From NCBI GenBank assembly GCA_045650505.1, contig JAZRRE010000030.1, positions 6,966 through 70,965 on the forward strand: 64,000 nt of DNA, given 5' to 3'. Each line of letters starts with the position of its first letter. Within the stretch, counting starts at the first letter, position 1. Below the pieces are notes generated by a model, which saw only the letters and a list, made by a program, of their open reading frames with translations, was not told where the DNA came from and did no database searches. Positions 1-9,773 of this stretch are shown piece by piece. The position numbers and the translations under genes were made by a program. This DNA is from Clostridia bacterium. GTDB lineage: Bacteria > Bacillota > Clostridia > Christensenellales > UBA1242.

Positions 1-1228
1 GTTCATTTCTAACAAAGCCTTTTCCCCCACCACCAAAGTTAGCTTCTAGCGCTCTGTGAATAGTGCTTGCACTTTCACCCGTTTGCTCTTCAAGGCGTTT
101 TGCAGCCCTGCCGGTTGGAGCCATAAGCATACATTTCTTTCTTGCATTTTTAAAGATTTTTAAAATGGCTTTAATAATTGTGGTTTTTCCTGTTCCCGGT
201 CCACCTGTAATCACCACCACGCTTTCAGACACACCAGCAAGCACAGCCTGTTTTTGCATTTCGTGAAGCGTGATTTTGTTAAGTTTTTCATATTGCGAAA
301 TATCGTTTTCATCACCAAGTTTTTGAACCACATTTCCTGCTGACAAGTTCAAAAGTTTGTGAGCAATAAAGTCTTCCATTGAGTAATATTTTGAAATCGC
401 AAGTGCTTCTTTTTCGTTGTGCTCAACTTTTTTGAGTGCCCCTGTGATTTCAAGGTCAACAATGGCGTCTTCAACACGCTCTAAATAATTTGAATCAAGT
501 TCCAAAACTTCAAGTGTTGCAGTTTTTAACTCTTCTGTGTATGCCACAGTTGAGCCGTGCTTTTCAGCAATTTCAGTGAGTGCAAAAAGAACGCCTGCTT
601 TGATTCGAATGTCACTATCAAACTCAACACCAATCTTGATTGCAATTTTATCGGCTGTTTTAAAGCCAATGCCTTCAATGTCTTCAATCAACTTATAAGG
701 GTTCTGCGAAATAATCTCTTCAGTGCGATATTTATATTTGTTAAAAATCTTAACCGACATATTGATTGAAATGTCATACTTTTGCAAGAACATAACAGCC
801 TCTTGCATTTTCTTTATGTCTTTGTAAGTGTTGTGGATTTCGTTTGCTTTCTTTTCACTGATTCCACGAATGCTCACAAGTTCTTTCGGGCTGTTTTCGA
901 TAATTTCAAGAGTTCTTTCTCCAAACTTTTTAACAATGTTTTTTGCAGTAACTTCTCCCACTCCTGAAATAAGCCCACAAGAAAGATATTTTTCAATCGC
1001 AAACACATCTGTTGGCTTTTCAACCTTAATTGATTCAGCCTCAAACTGTTCGCCATATTTTTTGTTAACTTTAAATTCACCTTCAAGTTCAAGATTTTCA
1101 CCCTTTCCAACAATCGGGAACTTTCCGGCAACAGTAATCATTTCTCCGGCACAGTAAAGGTCGAGAATGGTGTATCCATTCTCGCTGTTTCGATAAACTA
1201 TACTTTCAACAATGCCTTTAAGTATCAT
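1..1228 (-). CDS. recD2: RecD-like DNA helicase RecD2, N-terminal ~409 aa (C-terminus lies beyond the window start)
   Basis: Absent from the ORF track because it runs off the edge. My minus-strand translation from ATG at 1228 gives MILKGIVESIVYRNSENGYTILD... Near the edge it reads VVVITGGPGTGKTTIIKAI (Walker A) and LMAPTGRAAKRLEE..ASTIHRAL, the typical RecD2 pattern. Confidence 0.85.
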   Translation of the reverse strand, partial: MILKGIVESIVYRNSENGYTILDLYCAGEMITVAGKFPIVGKGENLELEGEFKVNKKYGEQFEAESIKVEKPTDVFAIEKYLSCGLISGVGEVTAKNIVKKFGERTLEIIENSPKELVSIRGISEKKANEIHNTYKDIKKMQEAVMFLQKYDISINMSVKIFNKYKYRTEEIISQNPYKLIEDIEGIGFKTADKIAIKIGVEFDSDIRIKAGVLFALTEIAEKHGSTVAYTEELKTATLEVLELDSNYLERVEDAIVDLEITGALKKVEHNEKEALAISKYYSMEDFIAHKLLNLSAGNVVQKLGDENDISQYEKLNKITLHEMQKQAVLAGVSESVVVITGGPGTGKTTIIKAILKIFKNARKKCMLMAPTGRAAKRLEEQTGESASTIHRALEANFGGGGKGFVRNE

Positions 1229-1234
1229 AACAAC

Positions 1235-1263
1235 ATAGTAACGCAAATTGAAATTAAAGTCAA
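1235..1263 (-). promoter_or_regulatory. sigma-A type promoter placing +1 on the recD2 ATG (leaderless geometry)
   Basis: TTGACT (1263-1258), 17 nt, TACTAT (1240-1235), 6 nt, ATG (1228). No purine-rich SD. Confidence 0.5.
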
Positions 1264-1338
1264 TTTTTGAAAAACGCAAAACTCAAAAGACCTGTCTTTT
1301 TATAAATAAATTTCAAACTTTTCACGCATAATAAAAAT

Positions 1339-2145
1339 ATGAAAAGAATATTTTTAATTTTAACAATACTTATGTTTTCGCTCTTTGCAACCTTTGCACC
1401 AAAAGCATTTAAAAACAATATAAAAACTAATGCCGCTTCAACCACTCCAAAAATAGCAATCGTGATTGATGACTTTGGAAGTTATGACCAAAGCGGGGTT
1501 GAAACGCTTTCAAAATGCACCGAAAAACTAACCTGTGCAGTGCTTCCAAATGTTGACAACTCAAAAGCCAACGCAAAGCAGTTTAAGGGCCTTGGGCACG
1601 AAATTATCTTGCATATGCCAATGGACGCTTATGTGCCACTTCCTGCAGATTGGTATGGCCCTGTTTATATCAAAAACACCGACAGCCCTGAAACTGCAAC
1701 CAAAAAACTTGAAACCTGTTTAAAAGAGTTTGAAGGTGTTAAAGGTTTCAACATTCACATTGGTTCTGGTGTCAGCCGAAACCAAACTTTAATGACAGCA
1801 ATTTACAACTTTGCAAAAGAGCATAACTTATACTTTTTAGACAGCCGAACCATTGAAACCAAAGCCACCGAAAACGCTTGCAAAAATACCGGCTCTGTTT
1901 ATCTTGGCAGAGATGTGTTTTTAGAAGCCGACAAAAACCGAACTTACTCTGGCGTGTGCAATCGCCTTTTAGAAACTGCAAACCTTGCAAAAGAAAAAGG
2001 CTATGCAATCGCAATCGGCCATGTGGGAGCAGAAGGTGGAGAAAACACAGCAAAAGCAATTATTGACACCCTTCCAAAAATCAAAGAAATGGGCATTCAA
2101 ATCGTTCCCCTTCACGAAATTTATGAAACTCTTAAAAATCAATAA
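1339..2145 (+). CDS. divergent polysaccharide deacetylase family protein (YibQ-like), N-terminal signal/anchor
   Basis: 268-aa ORF with a hydrophobic N-terminus. KIAIVIDDFG ... LPN ... HEIILHMPM motifs are typical of the family. Confidence 0.7.
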   Translation: MKRIFLILTILMFSLFATFAPKAFKNNIKTNAASTTPKIAIVIDDFGSYDQSGVETLSKCTEKLTCAVLPNVDNSKANAKQFKGLGHEIILHMPMDAYVPLPADWYGPVYIKNTDSPETATKKLETCLKEFEGVKGFNIHIGSGVSRNQTLMTAIYNFAKEHNLYFLDSRTIETKATENACKNTGSVYLGRDVFLEADKNRTYSGVCNRLLETANLAKEKGYAIAIGHVGAEGGENTAKAIIDTLPKIKEMGIQIVPLHEIYETLKNQ

Positions 2146-2233
2146 TTTGTCAAAATTTAACAAAAATAAAAATCATTTCAATTTGATTTCACATTTCTTT
2201 TCTAATTTGCTAAACTTGATTTAGGAGATTATT

Positions 2234-2920
2234 ATGAAAGGAATTATTATTTCAATCGAAGGCACTGATGGTGCTGGAAAACATACACAACAACAATTAT
2301 TAATGAAAGATTTAAAAGAGCAAGGCTATAGTGTTTTAGACCAAAGTTTCCCACATTATGATAGTGACTCTTCTGCCCCTGTTAAAATGTATCTTGCTGG
2401 TGAATTTGGAAAAGACTCAAACTCACTCAACGCTTATCAAGCCTCTGTGCTTTATGCAGTTGACAGAATGTGCACATATCAAAAAGATTTAAAAGCACAC
2501 TATGAAAATGGTGGCATACTATTGTTTGATAGATATGTTCAATCAAACTTCATTCACCAATGCTCAAAAATTGATGATATTGACGAAAAACTCAAATTCA
2601 TCAAATGGGAAGAAGAACTTGAATATGACACACTTGGGCTTCCACGACCAGACCTTATTTTCTTTATTGAAATGCCTGTTGAAAAGAGCATTGAACTTGC
2701 TCGTGCCCGTGCCGATTATAAAAACGGGCAAACCAAAGACATTCACGAAGAAGACACAGAATATCTTTCAAAGTCTTACAACAATGGCTTAACCCTTGCA
2801 AAAGAACTTGGCTGGAATCTTATTCACTGCGTTGATGAAAATAACAACATTAGAACCATTGAAGATATCCACGCAGAAATTATGGAAATTGCAACCAAAT
2901 TCCTTGAAAACCAAAAATAA
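2234..2920 (+). CDS. tmk: thymidylate (dTMP) kinase
   Basis: P-loop IEGTDGAGKHTQ, followed by FPHY...YLAGEFG as in TMPK-type kinases. SD AGGAG lies upstream. Confidence 0.75.
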   Translation: MKGIIISIEGTDGAGKHTQQQLLMKDLKEQGYSVLDQSFPHYDSDSSAPVKMYLAGEFGKDSNSLNAYQASVLYAVDRMCTYQKDLKAHYENGGILLFDRYVQSNFIHQCSKIDDIDEKLKFIKWEEELEYDTLGLPRPDLIFFIEMPVEKSIELARARADYKNGQTKDIHEEDTEYLSKSYNNGLTLAKELGWNLIHCVDENNNIRTIEDIHAEIMEIATKFLENQK

Positions 2921-2965
2921 AAAACGCAAAATCAAAGAAAAATACTTAAAAAATATATAAAAAAA

Positions 2966-2996
2966 CAAAAACACTCACAAATTGTGAGTGTTTTTT
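2966..2996. terminator. bidirectional intrinsic terminator between tmk and rubrerythrin
   Basis: A-run, 9-bp stem ACACTCACA/TGTGAGTGT (2971-2991), T-run. Confidence 0.75.
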
Positions 2997-3001
2997 GTTT
3001 A

Positions 3002-3547
3002 TTAATAATTAGTTGCATTAATTTCAAAGTAAGCCTTTGGGTGTGCACAAGTTGGGCAGATTTCTGGAGCCTTTTCACCAACATGAATGTGTCCACAATT
3101 TCTGCATTTCCAAATGTGAATGCCTGTGTCTTTTGTGAAAACTTTATTTTCTTTCACATTTTCTAAAAGTTTTAAATATCTTTCTTCGTGATGTTTTTCG
3201 ATTGCAGCAACCATTCTAAACTTTGCAGCAATTTCAACAAAACCTTCTTCTTCAGCAACTTTTGCAAATTCTGCATACATATCAGTCCATTCATAGTTTT
3301 CACCTTCAGCAGCCGCTTTAAGGTTTTCCATTGTTGACTTAACTTCGCCACCCTCTAAATATTTAAACCACATTTTTGCGTGTTCTTTTTCGTTTTCAGC
3401 AGTTTCTAAAAAGAGTGCTGCAATTTGTTCATAACCCTCTTTTTTTGCCTTGCTTGCAAAATAAGTATATTTATTTCTTGCTTGTGATTCACCAGCAAAT
3501 GCTGTGTGTAAATTTTGTTCGGTTTTTGAGCCTTTAAGTTCTTTCAT
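3002..3547 (-). CDS. rbr: rubrerythrin
   Basis: [26 protein letters not shown] ferritin-like domain, plus C-terminal CRNCG...CPTC rubredoxin-like motif. Confidence 0.9.
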   Translation of the reverse strand: MKELKGSKTEQNLHTAFAGESQARNKYTYFASKAKKEGYEQIAALFLETAENEKEHAKMWFKYLEGGEVKSTMENLKAAAEGENYEWTDMYAEFAKVAEEEGFVEIAAKFRMVAAIEKHHEERYLKLLENVKENKVFTKDTGIHIWKCRNCGHIHVGEKAPEICPTCAHPKAYFEINATNY

Positions 3548-3574
3548 AATTATTCTCCTTATGTATTAAATATT

Positions 3575-4156
3575 TTATTGTTCTTCATAATCTTTGGTGT
3601 CAATTTCTTTAACATTTTCACCTTCAACAAGATATGCCTTTTCAGCAAGTTTCATCATTGGCATATCACTTAACGAATCTGAATAAAATGCTTCAAGTTT
3701 TGCTTTTGGGTAAACCCTTTTAAACTCTTCAACTTTTGCTTCGCCATAACAGTTTTTGCCATAAATCTTGCCGGTTTTAACATTATAATTTGTTGCAATA
3801 TAATTTTTAATGTTAAGCATTTCAAGTACCGGTTTAATAATAAAACCAAGTGATGCTGAAACAATAATGTCTTCTTCATCTTTCTTTTGTGGAGGGTACC
3901 ACTTCATAATTTTGTTGGCATTTCTTGCCCAAAATTTGTCCACAATTTTGTCGATGTTTGAGTACAATGGAACAAAGAAAAACATACATTCTTTAAAGCG
4001 TTTTTTCTTAACAACTTTCATTCCATAAAGTGCAAAGACAATCAAAAAGTAAGGCGCAAATAAAAGCAAATAAGGCCTTGAAAAAATCATATAGAAAAAG
4101 AAGTCTGTTGAACTATCTCCCTTATAAATTGTCTTGTCAAAATCGTATCCTACCAT
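3575..4156 (-). CDS. HAD-IB family hydrolase
   Basis: DFDKT (DxDxT) near the N-terminus, later SAS and YSDSLSD motifs. SD GGAGA upstream. Confidence 0.6.
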   Translation of the reverse strand: MVGYDFDKTIYKGDSSTDFFFYMIFSRPYLLLFAPYFLIVFALYGMKVVKKKRFKECMFFFVPLYSNIDKIVDKFWARNANKIMKWYPPQKKDEEDIIVSASLGFIIKPVLEMLNIKNYIATNYNVKTGKIYGKNCYGEAKVEEFKRVYPKAKLEAFYSDSLSDMPMMKLAEKAYLVEGENVKEIDTKDYEEQ

Positions 4157-4179
4157 AATATCTCCACAAGTTTATTATA

Positions 4180-4216
4180 TAAAAAAGCCAAATGATTGTC
4201 AATTAATCACTTGGCT
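4180..4216 (-). terminator. intrinsic terminator closing the 4244-10772 operon
   Basis: Imperfect 11-bp stem AGCCAAATGATT/AATCACTTGGCT (4186-4216). On the minus strand it is followed by a U-run (A-run 4181-4186 on plus). Confidence 0.65.
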
Positions 4217-4243
4217 AAATTTATATTTAAAGAGATTTTTTTG

Positions 4244-4519
4244 TTATTTTCTTGCCATTTTATTTTCAGTTTTTATTCTTCGTTTGTTAAGAATAAAATA
4301 AACCAAAACTGCAGCAATTGCAAGAATGTTAAGCACACCAGCAAACACATTTAACCCCACAAAACCATCAAACAAATTCACTGAATTTCGCGAGATTTTC
4401 ACAAACTGAACGATGTCAAAAATAATCATAAACAAATCAAACAAAACAACAATCGAAATTAATGAAAATAGAATCAAAAACAACTTGTCATTTTTAAATT
4501 TATATATAAGTCTATTCAT
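4244..4519 (-). CDS. small membrane protein (2 predicted TM helices), last gene of the operon
   Basis: 91-aa ORF with two hydrophobic stretches. Its ATG overlaps the TAG of the upstream gene (ATGAATAG). Confidence 0.5.
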   Translation of the reverse strand: MNRLIYKFKNDKLFLILFSLISIVVLFDLFMIIFDIVQFVKISRNSVNLFDGFVGLNVFAGVLNILAIAAVLVYFILNKRRIKTENKMARK

Positions 4520-6593
4520 AAATTCTCACCTCACTAGGAATGTTGTTTATGTTGTCAACCTTAATAAAATATATTTCATCGTTTGCAATCATTTCAAATG
4601 AATAAGCAACTTCCGTTCCAAATACATCATAAACAGTTGTAAGTCTGCCATAGGCTGAAGCATCAATCGAACTTCCTGCAACATAATAATTTGATTCAAT
4701 ATAATTATAAGCTTCGCCAAGTTCAACTCTGCCCATAAATTGATAATAAATTCTTGAATTTCCAATAAAACCAGCAACTGCACCATAAGCCTTAATTATC
4801 TTCTCAACTTCTTGAGGCTTATTTTTAAATTCAACTTTTGAATAACAATTTTCAATCAATGCGTGATTATTTGCACCAACCACACCACCAACATAAGCTA
4901 TAACTTCATTTTCTTTTGTGCTGTTTGTATCCGCTTCGATTTCACCTTCAAATCCCGAATAAGTGATTTGTGTCTCATTAAAAGCAGCAACACCACCAGC
5001 ATAAACAGCTGACTTTTTGCTCTTTGCATAAACTTTTCCGGTTGATTTTGATTTCTTTATTTCACAAACAATAAACTTTCGTTCATATCCATTTTGAACT
5101 TGAACTTCATAAGAATAATTATCATCAACAACATTAAACGCAGCAATTCCACCAGCAAAAACAATTGAAATATCACCTTCTGCTACAATTTCTCCATAAT
5201 TATTTGAATTTAAAATCTTTTTATAATTATTGCAAACAATGCCGCCTGCATAAACGTGAAATTCTTGTTCTGCATCAGCAGTTTCTCTGGTTGATTTTGA
5301 GGTGATTTTTGCATTATTCACACAATTTTCAATCACAGCATAATTTTGCATTGAAATACCCGCACAGTTTGGGTGCCATTCTTTGTTTGAAATTTGATCA
5401 AGTTCTACATTATTTTCACAAGCAGAAATTGTTCCATAATTTTCTCCAGCAATTCCTGAAAGGTCAACAGTGTCAGCCTCAAATTTTGCTTCAAGTGTTT
5501 TTGAATTGGCAATTGTTCCTTTATTTACCCCAGCAATTCCTGAAAGATAAGCATTTGTTTCACCAAGATTAGTTATCACTGAATTCAACTCAACTTGAAC
5601 ATTATCAATAGTTCCTAAATTTTCTGTTGCTACACCAGAAACAAAAATATCTTTAATTTCTCCATCAATGTTTTCTGAATTAATTTTACCTTTTATAATG
5701 CCAGAAAAATCGCAATTTTGAATTATTCCTGTGTTATTTTCTGCTAAAATTGCAAAATTTTTCATAAATTCTCTATCTTTAAATTCAAATTCAAAATTAA
5801 CATTATCAATTATTCCTGATAAGTTTTTAATAAGAGAATCACTTTGCTCACCATTTATCACAATGGTTTTATCATTACCAACAATCGTTCCGGAAAACTC
5901 ATCAACTGAAAAATCATTTTCAAGCATAATGTCATTTTCAAGAACATAATATCTATAACCTTTTTTAAGTGCAAGTTCAAATTCACTTGCAGTTGAAATA
6001 TGCATTGGGTTATTTTCAGTTCCAACACCAAATAAATTTTTCATTACCACAACAGAAACAAACGATAACACCGACATCACAATTAAAATTGCAGCAGTTG
6101 TTCCAGCAATTAGTTTTTGTTTAAAATTGAATTTCTTTGCTTCGCATTCAAACTTTTCACGAGTTGCTGTTATTTGAATTTTATTATTTAAATTGTAAAT
6201 TTTATGAAGATTTTGCAAAATTTCTTCATTTTTAAATAAAAATTTATATTTTTGTTTAATGAGTTTTCTCTCATCTAAAATGCCAAGCATTTCAAGTGGA
6301 TAAACAATTTTATCACTGCAAGCATAAAGCCTGAGTGATTTTTTTGCACATCGTTTAAAGTCTTTATAAATTTGAAAATATTCCGGCACAACATCAAACT
6401 TATTTATCGGCATTAAATATTTTTCATATTTCAAAAGAATTTTATAAGACTTATATAAATAACAAAGAGATAAAATTGGAAACCTTCCAAAACAGATGTT
6501 AAGATCTGATTTAGACAGCATAAAAGAAGTGAACAATTTTTCATTGTCACTCTTTATTGCTTCATAAAGTTTTATCAGTTTTTCTCTTTCCAT
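4512..6593 (-). CDS. single-pass membrane protein: cytoplasmic N-domain, TM helix, extracellular beta-helix-like repeat region (GLUG-like)
   Basis: TM segment LIAGTTAAILIVMSVLSFVSVVVM. Recurring units YLSGIAGVNKGTI, DLSGIAGENYGTI, YAGGIVCNNY, FAGGIAAFN, YAGGVAAFN, YVGGVVGANN. Confidence 0.6.
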   Translation of the reverse strand: MEREKLIKLYEAIKSDNEKLFTSFMLSKSDLNICFGRFPILSLCYLYKSYKILLKYEKYLMPINKFDVVPEYFQIYKDFKRCAKKSLRLYACSDKIVYPLEMLGILDERKLIKQKYKFLFKNEEILQNLHKIYNLNNKIQITATREKFECEAKKFNFKQKLIAGTTAAILIVMSVLSFVSVVVMKNLFGVGTENNPMHISTASEFELALKKGYRYYVLENDIMLENDFSVDEFSGTIVGNDKTIVINGEQSDSLIKNLSGIIDNVNFEFEFKDREFMKNFAILAENNTGIIQNCDFSGIIKGKINSENIDGEIKDIFVSGVATENLGTIDNVQVELNSVITNLGETNAYLSGIAGVNKGTIANSKTLEAKFEADTVDLSGIAGENYGTISACENNVELDQISNKEWHPNCAGISMQNYAVIENCVNNAKITSKSTRETADAEQEFHVYAGGIVCNNYKKILNSNNYGEIVAEGDISIVFAGGIAAFNVVDDNYSYEVQVQNGYERKFIVCEIKKSKSTGKVYAKSKKSAVYAGGVAAFNETQITYSGFEGEIEADTNSTKENEVIAYVGGVVGANNHALIENCYSKVEFKNKPQEVEKIIKAYGAVAGFIGNSRIYYQFMGRVELGEAYNYIESNYYVAGSSIDASAYGRLTTVYDVFGTEVAYSFEMIANDEIYFIKVDNINNIPSEVRIYE

Positions 6594-6600
6594 TTATTAC

Positions 6601-7317
6601 CTATTTCTTTTTTGTTTTAACTTGTCTATCTTCTGCCCAACGATCTAAAATTTCAAAGATATATTCTTCATTGACATCTTGTTTTTCAACAATCTTTTTG
6701 AGAAGTTCATTTGAAGAGGCATAAGTTTCAGCAAGTGCGTCAATGCTCTTCTTTTCTTCTTCAAGGCGTTTTGCAATATTCTCATTGCCATCTTTGATTG
6801 ATTGAATTGACTTTGTGTTAGATACAATATTTTCAGCAACATCTCTATTGATAAAATCACCAACAGTTTGAAGGTTCGCATTATAAGCATCTAAACTTTT
6901 TTCAAGTTCTTTAATGTTATAATTTCTGCGTTTTTCTTCAAGCAAGGTATCAAGTCTTCCAATTTGTTCTTCTGCTCTTTTTTCAATGTCATTGATTGCA
7001 GTGAGCCTTCCCTCAACACTTTCAAATTTTGAAATAATGCTTTCAACACCTTCGGTATATTTTCCCGACATTCTCAAAAATTGATCAACTTTTCGAACAA
7101 GTTCTTCAGATTTTTCTGCTTGACTTGCAAGAAGTTTATAAATCTCTGAAAGTTTTGCTTGAACATCTCCAGAAAACGCTTCATCAAGTTTATCAACATC
7201 GTTTTTCATCGCAACATAAGTATTTAAAAATTCATGCATATCTGCTTGAATTGGAACAAGCATTTCACGATATCCAACAAACGCGTCAATAAGAGCATTA
7301 ACTTCATTATTGTCCAT
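6601..7317 (-). CDS. coiled-coil protein of unknown function
   Basis: 238-aa ORF with heptad-like charged sequence throughout. Its start overlaps the helicase stop by 1 nt. Confidence 0.55.
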   Translation of the reverse strand: MDNNEVNALIDAFVGYREMLVPIQADMHEFLNTYVAMKNDVDKLDEAFSGDVQAKLSEIYKLLASQAEKSEELVRKVDQFLRMSGKYTEGVESIISKFESVEGRLTAINDIEKRAEEQIGRLDTLLEEKRRNYNIKELEKSLDAYNANLQTVGDFINRDVAENIVSNTKSIQSIKDGNENIAKRLEEEKKSIDALAETYASSNELLKKIVEKQDVNEEYIFEILDRWAEDRQVKTKKK

Positions 7318-9773
7318 TATTTTTTCTCCTTAAATTTTTTATTTAATTCTTTGAATTTTTCTTTGATTATTCTGTGATTTTCTTGCATCTCTTTAAGGTC
7401 TGCTTTAACCACATCAACAATGAGTTTTTGTGCTTCATCATTGTCATCAAAATCAACATAAAACTTAACAATTTCAGCATCAAGTTTAGATTTGTTTTTA
7501 CCTTCTAAATTCTCTAAAAACTCAACAAGTTTTGTGTCTCCAGAAATTGCAAATTGTTCTTTTGCTTCATGAATAAGCCCAGCTTTCCAAAGTTTGATTC
7601 CGGCATCTTTGTTTCTACCTTTAAACACAAACTTTTCAAATGCTTCAATCTTCTCGTTTTGCTGAATCCTGATTTCATCATCTTCAAACTTATCGGCATA
7701 AAACCTTGCGTTGTCAAATTGACCAAGTTTAATAAATTCGGCAATACGCTCGAGTATTTCATCATCATCAATTTCTATCTTGCTGATAACTTCAGTGAAT
7801 TTCTTATAAGTTTCTTCACCGTTTAAATTTTCAAAATTATCTTTAAAGAAGTCACCAAAAAGTTTAATTTCATCATTTTCAAAAACAAACAAGTTGTGTT
7901 TAGCACGCGATACACCAACATAGAACAAGTTGAAATAATATCTAAACACAGAGTTTTCATCAGCTTGTTTATGATTGATGTTAAACTCTTCCAAAATCTT
8001 CCACTTATCTTTATTTGATGAAAGCACATTATAAAGCAGAACTGTGTCACGCTCAAGCCCCTTAACTTCACTTATTGTCAAAATTTCTTGCTTTCTGAAC
8101 AAATCACGAAGTTGTTGTTTTTGCTTTAAATCATTAACCAAAATTGTGAAGTTTTCAAACTTTTGATTTTTAAGTTTTTTAGCAAAACCCTCATCTGTTG
8201 AATAAACCACATTTGTAAGGGCATCTTCATCAACACTCTTTCCTGTTAAAACGAAACTGTGTGTTCCAAATTGCTTTGTGTTTAAATCACTCAAATCATC
8301 TAAAATCTCAACAATCTTTTTGTTATTTCTATAATTGCTTTCAAGTTCGGCAACGCTTGTTAAGTCTTCATCATACATAAGGCGTTTGAGATATGCAAAA
8401 CTGAAATATGATGGGTTTATCATTTGAAGTGCATCGCCAACAGCAAACATTTTGATTGAAATCTTTTTAAATAAATTCAAATTCACTTCAGTGAAATCTT
8501 GAACTTCATCAATAATTGAAAGTGAATATTTTTTAATTTTTTGACTATTTTCTAATAATTTTCGTGATATTTTGTTGTTGTCATAAAGATTTTGCGTTTT
8601 TTGATATTCAGCGTAAAGTTTCGCAATTCCATAAATCACTTCACACTCATTTGCTGAAAAACTATTTTCTCTTCTTCTTTTATATTCTTCAAGGTCTAAC
8701 ATTTGAGCAGTTTCATTTTCAGTCATCGCACCAAAAATTAAACCATAAACTTCTTTATAAATGATTGAATAAGATAAATTTTTAATTTTATCAAGCCTAC
8801 TTTTGAGTTGGTGATTGCTTACATTTTTCAAGAACTCTTTAACAAAAGTATCCTCATCAGCCATTTCAACTTGTTCTTCAAACTCTCTTTTGTAAAGGTC
8901 TTCAATCAAATAATAATCAACATTGTTTTCTAAAAATTGAACAACCTTATCAAGTTTTTTAAGAAGATTGGTTTCGTTGTCAACAATCAAAAATATTCCA
9001 AGCCTGTTTTCAATTGCTGTTTTATGATTTTTATCTAAAAACACAATTCGATTGTTTCGATAATCCTCAATAAACTGCTTGATATTATTTTTGAAAAGTT
9101 CAATCTTGTTTTTAGTATCAACCAAAAGTCCACGCGAAAATGTGGTGTATAAAATTTTTCCGGTATAGTTTCTGCAAGCAACAAAAATAATTTTGCTTAT
9201 GCAAATATTTGTTTTTCCACTTCCCGCAACACCTTGAACCAAAAGGTTTTTATTTTCAATTTCAACAAGTTCTTGTTGCTTAAAATTAAGCATTGGAAGA
9301 TTCACATATTCGGCATTTGAAACAAAATAAACTTTGTTAAAATCAAGTTCACTTGCATCAGTCACCCAATCTTTCAAAACCACTTTGAAAATTTTTGAAG
9401 CACGCACATATTGATTCAGTCTCTGGTCGTTAGATTTTAAATCTTCAAAGCCACTTTCATCAGCAAAGAAAACAATGTCATAAGGCGCTATATTTTCATT
9501 GTTTTTAATTTGGAAACCAAATTTGAATAAATAGCAAAAGTTCTTGTCATAGGTTTCAACTTTGAAGCAGTTTGTGTCATCAGTTTGCTTGTCATACTTT
9601 TCTTTGAGGTCGCGTGCAAAAGTTTGCAAGCTTTCAGATATCTTCAATATAAATTTATCAATGCCGGCGATTTTTTTTGTTTGATAAAAAAACCTTTCAG
9701 TCTTGTAAATCTTTGTTTCACTTGAAAGGATTTGCTTCGTGGTATTAACTTCAATGCTATATTCAATATCCAT
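7317..9773 (-). CDS. SF1 (UvrD/Rep-like) helicase with unknown ~170-aa N-domain and ~150-aa helical C-terminal extension
   Basis: Helicase motifs in order: VQGVAGSGKTN (Walker A), IIDEVQDF (Walker B), VGDALQMI, ESNYRNNKKIV, EVKGLERDTVLLY, YVGVSRAKHNLFVF. Confidence 0.8.
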   Translation of the reverse strand: MDIEYSIEVNTTKQILSSETKIYKTERFFYQTKKIAGIDKFILKISESLQTFARDLKEKYDKQTDDTNCFKVETYDKNFCYLFKFGFQIKNNENIAPYDIVFFADESGFEDLKSNDQRLNQYVRASKIFKVVLKDWVTDASELDFNKVYFVSNAEYVNLPMLNFKQQELVEIENKNLLVQGVAGSGKTNICISKIIFVACRNYTGKILYTTFSRGLLVDTKNKIELFKNNIKQFIEDYRNNRIVFLDKNHKTAIENRLGIFLIVDNETNLLKKLDKVVQFLENNVDYYLIEDLYKREFEEQVEMADEDTFVKEFLKNVSNHQLKSRLDKIKNLSYSIIYKEVYGLIFGAMTENETAQMLDLEEYKRRRENSFSANECEVIYGIAKLYAEYQKTQNLYDNNKISRKLLENSQKIKKYSLSIIDEVQDFTEVNLNLFKKISIKMFAVGDALQMINPSYFSFAYLKRLMYDEDLTSVAELESNYRNNKKIVEILDDLSDLNTKQFGTHSFVLTGKSVDEDALTNVVYSTDEGFAKKLKNQKFENFTILVNDLKQKQQLRDLFRKQEILTISEVKGLERDTVLLYNVLSSNKDKWKILEEFNINHKQADENSVFRYYFNLFYVGVSRAKHNLFVFENDEIKLFGDFFKDNFENLNGEETYKKFTEVISKIEIDDDEILERIAEFIKLGQFDNARFYADKFEDDEIRIQQNEKIEAFEKFVFKGRNKDAGIKLWKAGLIHEAKEQFAISGDTKLVEFLENLEGKNKSKLDAEIVKFYVDFDDNDEAQKLIVDVVKADLKEMQENHRIIKEKFKELNKKFKEKK